From: an uncultured Gemmatimonadota bacterium
GTDB lineage: Bacteria > JAAXHH01
Length of the DNA stretch: 64,000 nt
Direction: 5' to 3'
Assembly (NCBI GenBank): GCA_951812955.1
Contig: OX638340.1
Location: 1-64,000, forward strand
The notes below the pieces were generated by a model. It worked only from the letters and a program-made list of their open reading frames with translations, searched no databases and was not told where the DNA came from. The stretch's first letter is position 1; each line of letters opens with the position of its first letter. Below, in pieces: positions 1 through 8,156 of this stretch. The translations under genes were made by a program, and so were the position numbers.

Positions 1-264
1 CCCATATGTTCGGAAAGCCCGGGAATGGAACCGGCGTTGGAAGGTGGCTTATTCGTTGGTCCGATGCTGGTACAGCTCCACTGCGCCACGCAGGGAGCGT
101 CCATCGCCTATACCTTCAATGAGGACGACGACCCCCACTGGCTGTTGTACACCGAACCGCTGCGACTGGAATACGGCGAGCATCGATTGAAGGCAAGGGC
201 GATCCGCATAGGATACCGCGAAAGCCGCGAGATCCAGGTGAGATTCGTGGTGCGGGAGACATGA
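1..264 (+). CDS. 3' end of a gene that starts upstream of the window; hypothetical protein (C-terminal fragment)
   Basis: The open frame runs from window position 1 with no upstream stop. The 79-aa tail has no motif I recognise. It ends 160 nt before the next gene on the same strand. Confidence 0.3.
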   Translation, partial: PICSESPGMEPALEGGLFVGPMLVQLHCATQGASIAYTFNEDDDPHWLLYTEPLRLEYGEHRLKARAIRIGYRESREIQVRFVVRET

Positions 265-424
265 TCGGAGTGGCCGAGACATGATCGATGTGGTGGTGTA
301 CAGGCGTTCGGAGAAATGGGGCGCCGGGTCCAGTCTCCAAATGGATTGACCGGCGGATCGGGATTGGTTAAGGAAATACAGGCATGAATCGTGCAATTCC
401 GCGCACAGAACCCGGGGGACCGCC

Positions 425-1276
425 ATGGATCCTTCCTGCATTGCCCACTGCCTGACGGAAGCAGAGCGGGACCAATTCGATAAGCAGGGCTATTTCATCG
501 TGGAGAACGTCCTGGCGGACGACATGGTCAAGGCCCTGAACCGCATCGCGGACCGTATCGACGAGGAAAACCGGCCGAAAGAGGGCGACGGCGTCTACCG
601 TGTCCTGAACCACTTCGACATCATCGGCCGGGACGACCTGCTGCTGGAACTGCTTGACTGGCCGAAAACCTTCCCCAAGGTCTGGGGTATACTCGGCTGG
701 CACATTCAGCTGTACCATTCCCATTTAATCGTCTCGCCACCGTGGCCGGCCGGACAGAAACCCAGGAAACGGCGCCTGGGCTGGCACCAGGACAGCGGCA
801 GGCTGAACATCGACCTGGAAACCTCGCCCCGCCCGCGGATATCGTTGAAAGTGGCGTTCTTTTTGAGCGACTGCACGGCAACTGACCGCGGGAACTTCCA
901 CGCCGTTCCGGGTAGCCATCGCAGAGACGAAATCGAGTTTCCCGAGGACGACGAGCTGGATCCGGACGGGGCTGTGCCGATCCAGGCGGCGGCCGGCGAC
1001 GCCGTGTTCTTTGATCGCCGCCTCTGGCACGCTTCGGGGATCAACTATTCCGAGATCAGCCGCAAGGTGCTTTTCTACGGATACAGCTACCGGTGGCTGC
1101 GTCCCCGGGACAACATGACGGTGGATCATTACATGAGCCGCTGCGACCCCATCCGGAGACAGCTTCTTGGCGCCGGACCATCGGGTGGTCATGGTTATAC
1201 TTCGCCCCTGCTCGAAGACATCCCCCTGCGCGAGTGGATCGGCAAACACGCGGGCCGGGAGAACGTGGTCGGCTGA
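425..1276 (+). CDS. phytanoyl-CoA dioxygenase (PhyH) family Fe(II)/2-oxoglutarate oxygenase
   Basis: 283-aa ORF. The N-terminal 'QFDKQGYFIVENVLADDMVKAL' and the later 'WHQDSGR...GNFHAVPGSH...LWHASGINYS' (HxD...H facial triad plus 'RRxxxxxYxY') are typical of the PhyH family. Confidence 0.75.
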   Translation: MDPSCIAHCLTEAERDQFDKQGYFIVENVLADDMVKALNRIADRIDEENRPKEGDGVYRVLNHFDIIGRDDLLLELLDWPKTFPKVWGILGWHIQLYHSHLIVSPPWPAGQKPRKRRLGWHQDSGRLNIDLETSPRPRISLKVAFFLSDCTATDRGNFHAVPGSHRRDEIEFPEDDELDPDGAVPIQAAAGDAVFFDRRLWHASGINYSEISRKVLFYGYSYRWLRPRDNMTVDHYMSRCDPIRRQLLGAGPSGGHGYTSPLLEDIPLREWIGKHAGRENVVG

Positions 1277-1310
1277 GACGGTGATATGCTTGGACAGTCC
1301 TCAGATAGTC

Positions 1311-1418
1311 CGGTCCACCCAGGTGGTCGGGTCCTCCCAGGTGGTCGGGTCCTCCCAGGTGGTCGGGTCCACCCAGGTGGTCGGGTCCACCCAGGTGGTC
1401 GGGTCCTCCCAGGTGATT
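1311..1418. repeat. 18-bp tandem repeat, about 6 units (GGGTCC[A/T]CCCAGGTGGTC), directly upstream of the first operon gene
   Basis: Seen directly: units at 1311-1328, 1329-1346, 1347-1364, 1365-1382, 1383-1400 and 1401-1418. Each unit carries an inverted repeat CCACC-N2-GGTGG and an AGGTGG (Shine-Dalgarno-like) core. The last unit supplies the AGGTGA RBS at 1411-1416 for the ATG at 1423. Confidence 0.9.
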
Positions 1419-1422
1419 GGGC

Positions 1423-1716
1423 ATGAGTGAATCAACCGGAAACATGGCGGAACAGCAGGCCCTGCTCGACCGGATCGCCGAGGCCGTGGTCGCGCGCGAA
1501 CTCACCGCGCCCGCGGTGCTCTTCCTTGAATCTATGAAACCCCTCTCGTTTCTGGGTGGTCAGTTCATGGCGTTTCTCAGTCCCTTCATTCACATGGTGG
1601 TCGATGCGTCAGAATACGACCGGATCGCCGAGGCCATCGAGCGCCGCGAGAACGTGGAATTTCTGATACAACGCATTGAGCATCATGCTTCCGGGAACGA
1701 TGACCCGGCCGACTGA
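1423..1716 (+). CDS. small hypothetical protein (97 aa), first gene of the candidate operon
   Basis: ATG at 1423 is preceded by AGGTGA. The ORF track starts at the TTG at 1417. The protein is acidic and helical-looking, with a duplicated 'DRIAEA(V/I)' motif (EYDRIAEAIERRENVEF). I could not assign a family. Confidence 0.5.
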   Translation: MSESTGNMAEQQALLDRIAEAVVARELTAPAVLFLESMKPLSFLGGQFMAFLSPFIHMVVDASEYDRIAEAIERRENVEFLIQRIEHHASGNDDPAD

Positions 1717-1721
1717 TTTCT

Positions 1722-1770
1722 GTCCAACCAGGTTCTGGCCAATCAGGTTCCGGCCAACCAGATTCGTAAG
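1722..1770. repeat. 15-bp tandem repeat x3 (CCAAYCAGGTTCYGG) immediately after the small ORF
   Basis: Seen directly: ccaaccaggttctgg / ccaatcaggttccgg / ccaaccagattcg. Intergenic between the stop at 1716 and the next start at 1836. Confidence 0.8.
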
Positions 1771-1835
1771 TACGCGCAGACGCTCGGCGTACCGCTTCAG
1801 GTAGATGCTTTCCATGTTCACGTAGAAGAATCCCC

Positions 1836-3638
1836 ATGTCCCTTCCATCGGATATTGAAGTCATTCTGGCCACGGACTGCGGCAGCACGACGACCAAGGC
1901 CATCCTGATCGAAAAACGGTCCGGCGCCTACCGTCTCCTTGTTCGCGGCGAGGCGCCGACGACCGTGGAGGCGCCCTTCGAGGATGTCACGCGGGGCGTG
2001 CTCAACGCGGTGCGCGAGGTGGAGGAGCAATCCGGCCGCGCGATCCTCGACGGGGACCGGATCGTCTCGCCGGGGGCCGGGGGCCGGGGGGTTGACCTCT
2101 ACGTCTCGACGAGCAGCGCCGGCGGCGGGCTTCAGATGATGGTGGCCGGGGTGGTCAAGAGCATGACCGCCGAGAGCGCCGAACGGGCGGCCCTCGGCGC
2201 GGGCGCCATCGTCATGGAAACACTGGCGTCCAACGACGGGCGCCTGCCCCACGAACGCATCGAACGCATCCGGCAACTTCGACCGGACATGATCCTGCTT
2301 TCGGGCGGCGTGGACGGCGGTACAAAGTCCCACGTGGTCGAGATGGCAGAACTAATCTCCGCCGCCGACCCGAGACCCCGTCTGGGAAGCGGATACGATC
2401 TGCCGGTCATATTTGCCGGAAATACAGAGGCCGGCGAGGACGTCAGGCGGATCCTGGACGACAGGACGGAACTCAGCCAGGTGGAGAACCTGCGGCCCGT
2501 GCTCGAGGCGGAGAACCTGGGCCCCGCGCGGGAACGGATCCATACACTGTTCATGGAACACGTGATGGCCCAGGCGCCCGGTTACCGGGCCCTGATGGCG
2601 TGGACCCACGTGCCCATCATGCCCACCCCCGGCGCCGTGGGCAGGATGGTGCGGGTCGTCGCCGACCGCGACGGTATCGACGTGGCGGGCGTGGACATCG
2701 GCGGCGCGACCACCGATGTGTTCTCGGTCTTCGGCGGCGCCTTCAACCGGACCGTGAGTGCCAATCTCGGCATGAGTTACAGCATTTCCAACGTGTTGAC
2801 GGAAGCGGGACTGGAGGCCATTGCGCGGTGGCTGCCGTTCGATATGACCGACGCCGATCTGAAGGACCGCCTCGGCAACAAGATGATCCGTCCCACCAGC
2901 ATCCCCCAGACCATGGAGGAACTGATCATCGAGCAGGCCGTGGCCCGCGAAGCCCTGAGGTTGGCCTTCGAGCAGCACAGGAACTTTGCCGTGACGTTGA
3001 AGGGCGTGCAACAGCTTCGAACGATATCGGACACCTTTGACCAGCAGACGGGCGGACAGACCCTGGTCGACCTGATGAACCTGGACCTGATCATCGGCAG
3101 CGGCGGCGTGCTTTCCCATGCGCCGAACCGGTCACAGGCCGCGTTGATGCTGGTGGACGCCTTTCAGCCGGTAGGCATCACGAACCTGGCGGTGGACAGC
3201 ATATTCATGATGCCCCACCTGGGGGTGCTTTCCACCGTGCATGAGACCGCGGCGCTGGAGGTTTTCGACCGAGACTGCCTCGTATATCTCGGACCCTGCG
3301 TCGCCCCGGCCGGAAGGGGTAACGCGGGTTCGCACAGCGTGACGGTGAAGGCCAGGGCCGATGGCGTGGAAACCGTGTGCGAGGCCGTCGTGGGAGAACT
3401 GGCCGCGATCCCGACAGGGGAAGCGGAGGAAGTCGTACTGGAGGTCATTCCATCCCGCGGTTTTGACGTCGGCGCCGGCAGAGGCACGCCGGTCACCCGT
3501 ACCGTCCGCAATGGCCCGCTGGGCGTGATTATCGATACGCGCGGCAGACCGCTTCAACTGCCGGCCGACGCGGCCGAAAGGGTGGAGGTCCTGAAGCGAA
3601 GTTACCGCGCACTCGAAGTCTATCCGGAGTCCAGTTGA
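1836..3638 (+). CDS. GlmL/MutL(EutA)-like actin-fold ATPase (600 aa); the 'methylaspartate mutase accessory' type, here without mutase subunits
   Basis: N-terminal 'VILATDCGSTTTKAILIE' phosphate-1 motif, a second 'GVDIGGATTDVFSV' motif and 'DLIIGSGGVLSHAP' match the actin/ASKHA fold as seen in GlmL/EutA-like proteins. It is much longer than the roughly 460-aa GlmL. The stop TGA at 3636-3638 overlaps the next ATG. Confidence 0.65.
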   Translation: MSLPSDIEVILATDCGSTTTKAILIEKRSGAYRLLVRGEAPTTVEAPFEDVTRGVLNAVREVEEQSGRAILDGDRIVSPGAGGRGVDLYVSTSSAGGGLQMMVAGVVKSMTAESAERAALGAGAIVMETLASNDGRLPHERIERIRQLRPDMILLSGGVDGGTKSHVVEMAELISAADPRPRLGSGYDLPVIFAGNTEAGEDVRRILDDRTELSQVENLRPVLEAENLGPARERIHTLFMEHVMAQAPGYRALMAWTHVPIMPTPGAVGRMVRVVADRDGIDVAGVDIGGATTDVFSVFGGAFNRTVSANLGMSYSISNVLTEAGLEAIARWLPFDMTDADLKDRLGNKMIRPTSIPQTMEELIIEQAVAREALRLAFEQHRNFAVTLKGVQQLRTISDTFDQQTGGQTLVDLMNLDLIIGSGGVLSHAPNRSQAALMLVDAFQPVGITNLAVDSIFMMPHLGVLSTVHETAALEVFDRDCLVYLGPCVAPAGRGNAGSHSVTVKARADGVETVCEAVVGELAAIPTGEAEEVVLEVIPSRGFDVGAGRGTPVTRTVRNGPLGVIIDTRGRPLQLPADAAERVEVLKRSYRALEVYPESS

Positions 3639-4762
3639 TGGCCCACGCCTATACATCGGGCCTGCGCGTATCGCCCCGGACCGTTGTCGCCCGGACACGG
3701 CGCCTTCCACTGAGTGGACAGGTGGTGGTGCAGGTGGATGACCGGGTACGGCCCGATACGGTGGTCGCAGAGACGTATCTGCCCGGACCGGTGCACAACG
3801 TCAACGTCGCCAATGCCCTGGCCATTGCGCCCGAGGACGTACCAGGCTGTATGCTGAAGCAACGGAACGATTCGGTGGAAAAAGGGGAGTTGATCGCCGA
3901 ATCAAAGGGGATTTTCGGGCTGTTCAAGTCCGCTGTCCGGTGCCCAGAGCGCGGAACAGTCGAAATGGTGTCGGATGTGACCGGCCAGGTGCTTATTCGG
4001 GAACCGTCGACCCCGGTACGGATCAACGCCTATCTCGATGGCAGGATAACCGAACTCCTTCCTGGAGAGGGTGTCATGGTGGAAACAGTCGGAGCCTTCA
4101 TCCAGGGCATCTTCGGCATAGGGGGCGAAGTGCACGCGCCGATAAATCAGATCGTCCAGTCGCCCGATGAGGAGGTCACCGAGGAGATGGTCGATGCGCG
4201 GTGCGCGGGACAGATCGTCTGCGGCGGATCCATGATCACCCTTGACGCGCTGCGTAAGTTGATAAGGGTCGGCGCGTCGGGTGTGGTGGTAGGGGGCATG
4301 CAGTACCACGACATCGGCGACCTCCTGGGTTACCAGATCGGCGTCGCGGTGACCGGCGGGGAAGACATCGGCCTGACCGTGGTGGTCACCGAAGGCTTCG
4401 GGCGGCTGCCCATGGCCGAGCGCACGTTCGACCTGATCGGGTCCATGGAGGGCCGGGAAGCCTCTATGAGCGGCGCCACGCAGATCCGGGCCGGTGTGAT
4501 TCGCCCCGAAATCATCATTAAGACCGACGGCTTCGAAGAACCGCAGGCACGATCGGATCCGGCGGCCCGCGGCCTGGTATCCGGGTCCCTGGTGCGCCTG
4601 ATCCGCAAGCCATGGTTTGGAGAAATCGCCACGGTGGCGTCGTTGCCGGAACAACCCGTCAGGCTTCCGACAGGCGCCCTGGCCCGGGTGCTGGAAGTTC
4701 GCAGGACGAACGGAGAGATCGTGACCGTGCCCCGAGCCAACGTGGAGATCGTGGAGTCCTGA
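3638..4762 (+). CDS. hypothetical protein (375 aa), translationally coupled partner of the actin-fold ATPase
   Basis: ATGA overlap with the upstream gene. Gly-rich central region ('GIFGIGGEVHAP', 'GGSMITLD...GASGVVVGGMQYHDIGD'). No TM segments obvious and no family recognised. Confidence 0.5.
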   Translation: MAHAYTSGLRVSPRTVVARTRRLPLSGQVVVQVDDRVRPDTVVAETYLPGPVHNVNVANALAIAPEDVPGCMLKQRNDSVEKGELIAESKGIFGLFKSAVRCPERGTVEMVSDVTGQVLIREPSTPVRINAYLDGRITELLPGEGVMVETVGAFIQGIFGIGGEVHAPINQIVQSPDEEVTEEMVDARCAGQIVCGGSMITLDALRKLIRVGASGVVVGGMQYHDIGDLLGYQIGVAVTGGEDIGLTVVVTEGFGRLPMAERTFDLIGSMEGREASMSGATQIRAGVIRPEIIIKTDGFEEPQARSDPAARGLVSGSLVRLIRKPWFGEIATVASLPEQPVRLPTGALARVLEVRRTNGEIVTVPRANVEIVES

Positions 4763-5700
4763 TGCGTCTATCCCCGTCACGCCGCAAGCCACACCCTGAT
4801 TCCTTCGCGATCGCGCTGCTGCGTGCTGTCCTCGCGTGTACGGTGTTCGTCGCCATGGCGCAGACGGATCTCCTTTTCGCACAGACTGACACCGAATCCG
4901 GCTGGTTCAACGCGGACCGGACCCAGGCCCTGGTACTCGGGATCGTCCTGACGGGCGCCATTCTGCTTTACGTTGTGCTGGCCGCCTCGGGCCGGCCCCT
5001 TTTCATTCGTAAAATCGCCGGCCTGGAAACGGTCGAGGAAGCCGTGGGCAGGGCGACGGAGATGGGCAAGCCCATCCTCTACGTCCCCGGCCTGAACGAC
5101 ATGGACGAGGTGCAGACCATCGCGTCCATGAACCTGCTGGGTCATCTCGCCACCATCATCGCGGGATACGACTCCAGGCTGCACGTACCCGTACGCAAGT
5201 CCCTCGTCATGAGCGTGGCGCGCGAGACCGTGCAGCAGTCCTACCTGTCCGCGGGGCGCCCCGACGCTTACCAGGAGGACGACATTCACTACGTGTCGGA
5301 CGCCCAATTCGCCTACGCGGCGGCCGTCGATGGCATCATCGTACGTGAACGGCCGGCCGCATGCTTCTACCTGGGCGGATTCTACGCCGAATCCCTTATC
5401 CTGGCGGAAACGGGCAACTCCATCGGGGCCATACAGATCGCGGGAACGGCCAGGCCTCCTCAACTGCCATTCTTCGTGGCGGCATGCGACTATACGCTGA
5501 TCGGCGAGGAACTTTTCGCCGCCAGCGCGTACCTGTCCAAGGAGCCGCGCATGCTCGGCAGCCTGAAGGGCCAGGACGCCGGCAAGGGCATCGCCATCGT
5601 GTTCATCCTGGCCGGCAGCGCGCTGGCCACACTGGAGTCCGTCACCGGAAACGAGACCGTCCGCGAAGTGTCGCAAATCGTCCTCTGGCTTTTCAGGTAG
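4762..5700 (+). CDS. membrane protein (312 aa): N-terminal signal/TM, a second TM, then a soluble domain and a C-terminal hydrophobic segment
   Basis: ATG at 4762 overlaps the TGA of the upstream gene (TGATG). Hydrophobic stretches 'FAIALLRAVLACTVFVAMA', 'LVLGIVLTGAILLYVVLAA' and a C-terminal 'GIAIVFILAGSALATL'. The longer ORF-track start at 4612 lies inside the upstream gene and is unlikely. Confidence 0.5.
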   Translation: MRLSPSRRKPHPDSFAIALLRAVLACTVFVAMAQTDLLFAQTDTESGWFNADRTQALVLGIVLTGAILLYVVLAASGRPLFIRKIAGLETVEEAVGRATEMGKPILYVPGLNDMDEVQTIASMNLLGHLATIIAGYDSRLHVPVRKSLVMSVARETVQQSYLSAGRPDAYQEDDIHYVSDAQFAYAAAVDGIIVRERPAACFYLGGFYAESLILAETGNSIGAIQIAGTARPPQLPFFVAACDYTLIGEELFAASAYLSKEPRMLGSLKGQDAGKGIAIVFILAGSALATLESVTGNETVREVSQIVLWLFR

Positions 5701-5705
5701 ATCCC

Positions 5706-6386
5706 ATGCGTCGTAAAATACCGCTCATCATCACATTCATCATCGGCGTTGTCCTGGTCACAGGGTATTTCGTGACAAGGGGACCGTTCAACACGCTGTA
5801 TGAGAGTTTCTCCGATTATTTCGCCATCATTACGGTCTTCGCCTTCATCCTCGGCGGCGGCAGTCTGCTAAAGATTCATTTGAAACGCGTTTCCAACCGA
5901 TCCACGGACTGGCCCTACAGTGTGGTAACCCTGGCGGGGTTCCTCGTCACCCTGGTGATCGGACTGTTCAAGGTGGGCAATCCGGATGGGATGGGCGGGG
6001 AGATCCTGGCTGCCGGTTCCTGGCTGCGCTTCCTGTTCGACGGGGTCTACAATCCGCTGTCGGCGACCATGTTCTCCCTGCTGGCCTTCTTTGTCGCCTC
6101 GGCGTCCTACCGGGCCTTCAGAGCGCGTACGAAGGAGGCCACCATCCTCCTTTCCGCCGCCATGGTCATCCTGCTGGGCAGAACCCCCGTGGGCGCCTGG
6201 CTGACGGCCTGGATGCCGGAAATCCTGGGATTTCTCGAACTGCCGAACCTGGCCAACTGGATCATGGCCTGGCCGAACACGGCCGGCCAGCGTGCGATAA
6301 TGATCGGCATCGCCCTGGGGGTCATCGCGACCTCACTGCGCATCATCCTGGGGATCGAGCGCAACTACCTGGGCAGGAGGGAGTGA
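5706..6386 (+). CDS. polytopic integral membrane protein (226 aa)
   Basis: ATG at 5706 lies 5 nt after the upstream stop. There are 5-6 hydrophobic helices ('IPLIITFIIGVVLVTGYFV', 'FAIITVFAFILGGGSLL', 'VVTLAGFLVTLVIGLF', ...). The track's longer N-terminus (from 5361) is an Arg/Gly-rich readthrough inside the previous gene. Confidence 0.5.
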   Translation: MRRKIPLIITFIIGVVLVTGYFVTRGPFNTLYESFSDYFAIITVFAFILGGGSLLKIHLKRVSNRSTDWPYSVVTLAGFLVTLVIGLFKVGNPDGMGGEILAAGSWLRFLFDGVYNPLSATMFSLLAFFVASASYRAFRARTKEATILLSAAMVILLGRTPVGAWLTAWMPEILGFLELPNLANWIMAWPNTAGQRAIMIGIALGVIATSLRIILGIERNYLGRRE

Positions 6387-6388
6387 GC

Positions 6389-7288
6389 ATGCGGATTCCC
6401 GATTCCATCCTGCATATCGACCGGCGGATCATCTTCCTGCTCATCGGGGCGGCCGTCTGCATACCCCTGATCCTGCAGCCCCGCTTCCAGGACAGTCCCA
6501 CGCCTATCGTCCAGTCGATTTTCGACACGGTGGAGCGGCTGCCGTCCGGGTCGCGCGTATTCCTTTCCTTCGATTACGGTCCGGACACGGCGCCCGAACT
6601 GGATCCCATGGCCAAGGCCCTCGTGCGGCACACGATGACCCGGGGCCACGAGGTGTCCTTCTTCACCCTGTTCCCCGAAGGGCTGGGACAGATCAAGAAG
6701 ATCACGGACAACCTGCTGCCTGTGGAGTTCCCGGAGAAAGCCTATGGCAGGGATTTCGTGAACCTGGGTTACAAGGCCGGCCTGGGTGGCGCGATTAATA
6801 CGATGGTCGTCAACTTCCGAACGCTGATCAATGCCGACGCGGAGGGCACGCCGCTCGACGATCTGCCCATGACCGCGGATGTCGACGAGATGGTGGACTA
6901 TGCCATTATCCTCAGCCTGACCGCGGGCGACCCGGGACTGAAGGAGTGGATTCAGTTCGCGGGCGATATCGCGGGGATTCCCGTCATGGGCGGGGGCACC
7001 GCCGTGGTGGCGCCGGAACTGTATCCCTACTATCCTCAGCAACTGGTCGGCCTGATGGGCGGCCTCAAGGGCGCTTCCGAGTACGAGTCCGCCCTTGTGG
7101 ACCGGTATCCGGCCTACCGTAACGCCACCATGGACGCCACCATGCGCATGGGGCCCCAGGTCGTCACCCACGTGCTGATCGTCCTGCTGATCCTGCTGGG
7201 CAATCTGGCTTACTTCTTCGGCCGATCTGGCCGACCGGGCCGGAATGACCGGACGGACCGGGCGGACCAGGCGGACCGCAGGCGTTAA
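6389..7288 (+). CDS. bitopic membrane-anchored protein (about 300 aa) with N- and C-terminal TM helices; the C-terminal tail is encoded by a 9-bp repeat
   Basis: GGAGG at 6377-6381 precedes the ATG at 6389; GTG at 6383 is an alternative that overlaps the upstream TGA. TM 'IIFLLIGAAVCIPLIL' near the N-terminus and 'VVTHVLIVLLILLGNLAYFF' near the C-terminus. Terminal 'GRSGRPGRNDRTDRADQADRRR' is low complexity. Confidence 0.5.
   Translation: MRIPDSILHIDRRIIFLLIGAAVCIPLILQPRFQDSPTPIVQSIFDTVERLPSGSRVFLSFDYGPDTAPELDPMAKALVRHTMTRGHEVSFFTLFPEGLGQIKKITDNLLPVEFPEKAYGRDFVNLGYKAGLGGAINTMVVNFRTLINADAEGTPLDDLPMTADVDEMVDYAIILSLTAGDPGLKEWIQFAGDIAGIPVMGGGTAVVAPELYPYYPQQLVGLMGGLKGASEYESALVDRYPAYRNATMDATMRMGPQVVTHVLIVLLILLGNLAYFFGRSGRPGRNDRTDRADQADRRR
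7243..7280. repeat. 9-bp tandem repeat (RGGCGGACC) x3-4 inside the 3' end of the 6389-7288 CDS
   Basis: Seen directly: ggacggacc / gggcggacc / aggcggacc (7251-7277). It belongs to the same family as the arrays at 18810-18935 and 21110-21175. Confidence 0.7.
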
Positions 7289-7299
7289 AGGAACGGCGT

Positions 7300-7974
7300 A
7301 TGGATGTTACACTGCAGCTTTGGATCGACGCGGCCCTGACGCTGATGATCCTCAGCTTCCTGTACCGTGACAATCCTTTCTACAAATTCGCCGAACATCT
7401 CTTTGTCGGCGTGTCCGCCGCGTACCTCATGGCAATCGGATTCTGGGACCACCTGGTCCCGAACCTGCTGGGCAAACTGTTCCCCTCGCTCATGTCGGGG
7501 GTCGTGCCCGGCGCCGTCGGCCGGTCGCCGGATTACTACTACATCATCCCCGCCGTCTTCGGCCTGCTGCTTCTTACCCGCCTGGTCGACCGCTGGGCCT
7601 GGCTCAGCCGGTGGGCGCTGGCGTTCATCGTCGGCGGCTCGGCGGGATTCAACCTGCCCCGCTTCCTGGATTCGGACTTCATCATTCAGGTCCAAAGCAC
7701 CATGGTTCCGCTCGTGGTGCTCGACCCGGCTGGCAATCTGCTCTGGGGCGCGAGTTTTTCCCACATTGTACTCGTTCTGGGCGTGATCTGCGGACTGGTG
7801 TACTTCTTCTTCTCCGTAGAACACAAGGGGATACTGGGACACGTGTCTCGTGCTGGGATCTGGGTGTTGATGGTGACCTTCGGCGCCGCCTTCGGATACA
7901 CGGTCATGGCGCGCATCTCCCTCCTCACCGGCAGGATGGAAGCCCTGGGCGCCTGGCTCGCCACCATGTTCTGA
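7300..7974 (+). CDS. polytopic integral membrane protein (224 aa), last gene of the candidate operon
   Basis: AGGAA RBS before the ATG at 7300. At least 5 hydrophobic helices ('AALTLMILSFLY', 'LFVGVSAAYLMAIGFW', 'YYYIIPAVFGLLLL', 'IVLVLGVICGLVYFFF', 'IWVLMVTFGAAFGYTV'). Confidence 0.5.
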   Translation: MDVTLQLWIDAALTLMILSFLYRDNPFYKFAEHLFVGVSAAYLMAIGFWDHLVPNLLGKLFPSLMSGVVPGAVGRSPDYYYIIPAVFGLLLLTRLVDRWAWLSRWALAFIVGGSAGFNLPRFLDSDFIIQVQSTMVPLVVLDPAGNLLWGASFSHIVLVLGVICGLVYFFFSVEHKGILGHVSRAGIWVLMVTFGAAFGYTVMARISLLTGRMEALGAWLATMF

Positions 7975-7992
7975 TTGGAGACCGTCGCGCGG

Positions 7993-8040
7993 CCCGGTCC
8001 GATGTCCGGGCGACCCGGTCCGATGTCCGGGCGACCCGGT
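7993..8040. repeat. 21-bp direct tandem repeat x2.3 (CCCGGTCCGATGTCCGGGCGA) just downstream of the operon
   Basis: Seen directly at 7993-8013 and 8014-8034 plus a partial third copy. It contains the CGGACCGGG core shared with the 9-bp repeat family (reverse orientation). Confidence 0.8.
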
Positions 8041-8156
8041 ACCGGCACCCATGATTTCTGTTGCGCATTGCCATGGCCCGCTGTTATTTACTGAACCGTT
8101 CATTTCGGTCCCGGCCCGTGACGTCGGGACAGGGCGTACACGCGTAATGGAGTCCC

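Noticed and set aside
1311-1418. Possibility that the tandem arrays at 1311-1418, 18810-18935 and 21110-21175 are CRISPR arrays
   Set aside because: Units are contiguous with no unique spacers, units are only 9-21 bp, and no cas genes are present.
1056-1505. 149-aa minus-strand ORF with a striking 'GGPDHL' x7 repeat
   Set aside because: It is simply the reverse-frame translation of the 18-bp DNA repeat array, and it overlaps the 3' end of the PhyH gene on the opposite strand. There is no RBS or independent coding signal.
4612-4761. Longer N-terminus for the first membrane protein (ORF-track start 4612) and for the second (5361)
   Set aside because: Both extensions lie inside the preceding genes in another frame and are Arg/Gly-rich. 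Internal ATGs placed at the upstream stop codons give sensible signal/TM N-termini.
8100-8130. GTCCCG...CGGGAC hairpin upstream of the nucleotidyltransferase gene, as a terminator for the operon
   Set aside because: It has a short stem, a long loop and no U-tract. It may be incidental, and it is too weak to annotate.
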